A DNA stretch of 64,000 nucleotides from Dicyema japonicum (lineage: Eukaryota; Animalia; Dicyemida): assembly GCA_011109175.1 (NCBI GenBank), contig RDEW01000008.1, positions 342,853-406,852 on the forward strand. Reading direction: 5' to 3'. The notes beneath the pieces are model-generated. The model searched no databases. It was given only the letters and a program-made list of their open reading frames with translations, and was not told where the DNA came from. Shown here one piece after another: positions 62,563-64,000 of the stretch; position 1 is the first letter of the stretch; the number at the start of each line of letters is the position of its first letter. The translations under genes were made by a program, and so were the position numbers.

Positions 62563-63179
62563 TCAATAATCCAAGTCAGAATTATCATCAATACAACTAA
62601 CAATATTAGTAACCAAAACCTATAATCAACATCACAGTCTCGACCTTCCATAAACTCTCTTTCCATTACTCTCATAAACTCCCTCTTTTTACAGTCTACA
62701 GACAAGTAATCATAGTCAGACTCCTCTTCGTCATTATTTTGTGCAGATATGTCCATTTGTTTTAACAGAAAACCAGAAAAAGTGGTCGGATAATCAACTG
62801 ATTCTGTCATCAGTTTATTGTAGAGGGTCAGTCTTCGTTTATGCATGGAATTGTTAGAAAAGTGATGCCCTTCCTCCTTCAACTTGACCATGTAGTTATA
62901 GCGACGATTACGAACCTGTTTTGTCTTTGACTGAGATATTTTATTTATATAAAAGTCCACTTCGTAATTCCCACTAAATTTTGTAAGAAATGGAAGGTCT
63001 TCAAGTCGTAGGTAATGGTGATACCTCTCAAGAAAAAGTACTATATTTTTTGTAAGGAGTTTATCAGCAATTTCAATTTTTTCCTTTAGGGTCAGGTCTG
63101 GTTCGTCTCTCGTCTGATGTCCGAAAAAGGCTGAAGATTGTGCAAGATTTGACAACATTTCGAGTTTTCCATCCTCCAT
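62563..63179 (-). CDS. CCDC97: CCDC97 (DUF2052) homologue, one 23-nt intron
   Basis: HQTRDEPDLT, FLERY, VRNRRY, FS..SM, EFMRVMEREFMEGRD.DVDYSCIDDN; short C-terminus. Confidence 0.85.
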
Positions 63180-63229
63180 ACACCTCACACGAATTAAATA
63201 AACAATATTTAAATTAAATTTAATTAATT

Positions 63230-64000
63230 TTTTATGGCGTTAAAACTCTCTCGAGTTGGCAAAAATGTTGAAAGGAAAAAAGGAGAAGGATCACTTGCGT
63301 TACCTGATGGTATGAATGTAATTCTTGCCATATCCTAGAGCGTTGTGGCAGATGACCCAAAAGAATGGGCGAGGCAGGTAGTCCTGCAGGTACGTAGCAG
63401 GCTATCTCGATTGCCCTGGAATGGTTGACCATACTTGGCGGAGCTCTGCAGTGGCAGATTCAGTACTGCTATATCTTGAGTGAACTCAAGAAAATGGCTG
63501 TAGGCAAAGAGGGTACTGGTCTAAAGACGCGTATAAGAGCAATAATGGTGTATAAGAGGAAACTCTATACACATGAAAGTCGGTGTAAGAGGAGAGAAAA
63601 TAATCTGTTTGAGTTTAATCGCAGATTGTTTTACCGTCGCCTACACGAAAATGGCCATAGTGTATGTTCCGGCAGGACGCGGAAATGCTTTCCACATGGG
63701 ATAGTATGTAGGAGGATAGTCCATGCAGAGGAAATGCGTGGAATGTCCCGTACAGCGCCGCTCCTTTCTTGGCGGAATCTTGCAATATTTTTTTGGGTCG
63801 ATCAACAAATACATGTCCTCACTGTAAGTCAAGGAGCATGTCGGTTGATCATTTAGCCACTCGATGTAGATCCATGCTCTGCCACGACTATGTGTGGAGG
63901 CATAACGAGGTAGTAAGGAGTCTTCATATTCTACTATGCAATAAGTATAGTATTCGCCACACCAGATAGTTGCGGACTCATAAGGTGCAATCTGTAGTAG
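63230..64000 (+). mobile_element. R4/Dong-like internal-deletion derivative (RT removed), runs off the window
   Basis: N-terminal LFEFNRRLFYRRL joined at about 63781 to a close copy of 18983-19201. Confidence 0.85.

Noticed and set aside
1-64000. Genome-wide reassignment of stop codons (ciliate- or Condylostoma-type code)
   Set aside because: GOT2, SMPD2, MPV17L2 and CCDC97 use CAA/CAG and TGG throughout and end in TAA or TGA; internal stops are rare, clustered, align to several different residues and co-occur with frameshifts. Kept only as a testable alternative.

Overview
AT-rich eukaryotic nuclear DNA from a draft scaffold with many single-N joins flanked by near-duplicated sequence. Eight recognisable housekeeping genes are split by very many ultra-short spliceosomal introns (mostly 20-28 nt, GT-AG): SKI2-like helicase, mitochondrial GOT2, PDS5, MPV17L2-like, DHDDS, FANCD2, SMPD2 and CCDC97. 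Animal-like proteins with about 23-nt introns suggest a reduced parasite such as a dicyemid; this is inference only. The genes sit in a dense matrix of decayed non-LTR retrotransposons (RTE-like, Jockey/I-like, CRE-like RT-RLE elements with an N-terminal PHD finger, and an R4/Dong-like RT-RLE family) plus pogo/Tigger and hAT relics. After manual splicing, GOT2, MPV17L2, SMPD2 and CCDC97 read cleanly in the standard code. SKI2, PDS5, DHDDS and FANCD2 keep well-conserved motifs but carry local clusters of in-frame TAA/TAG/TGA codons, non-canonical splice sites (GT-GG, AT-AG, GG-AG, GT-AA) and a few frameshifts. A decaying second gene set or haplotype mosaic is the most economical explanation; RNA editing or stop-codon recoding is testable and not excluded. 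All translations and homology calls were made by eye; transposon boundaries are approximate.
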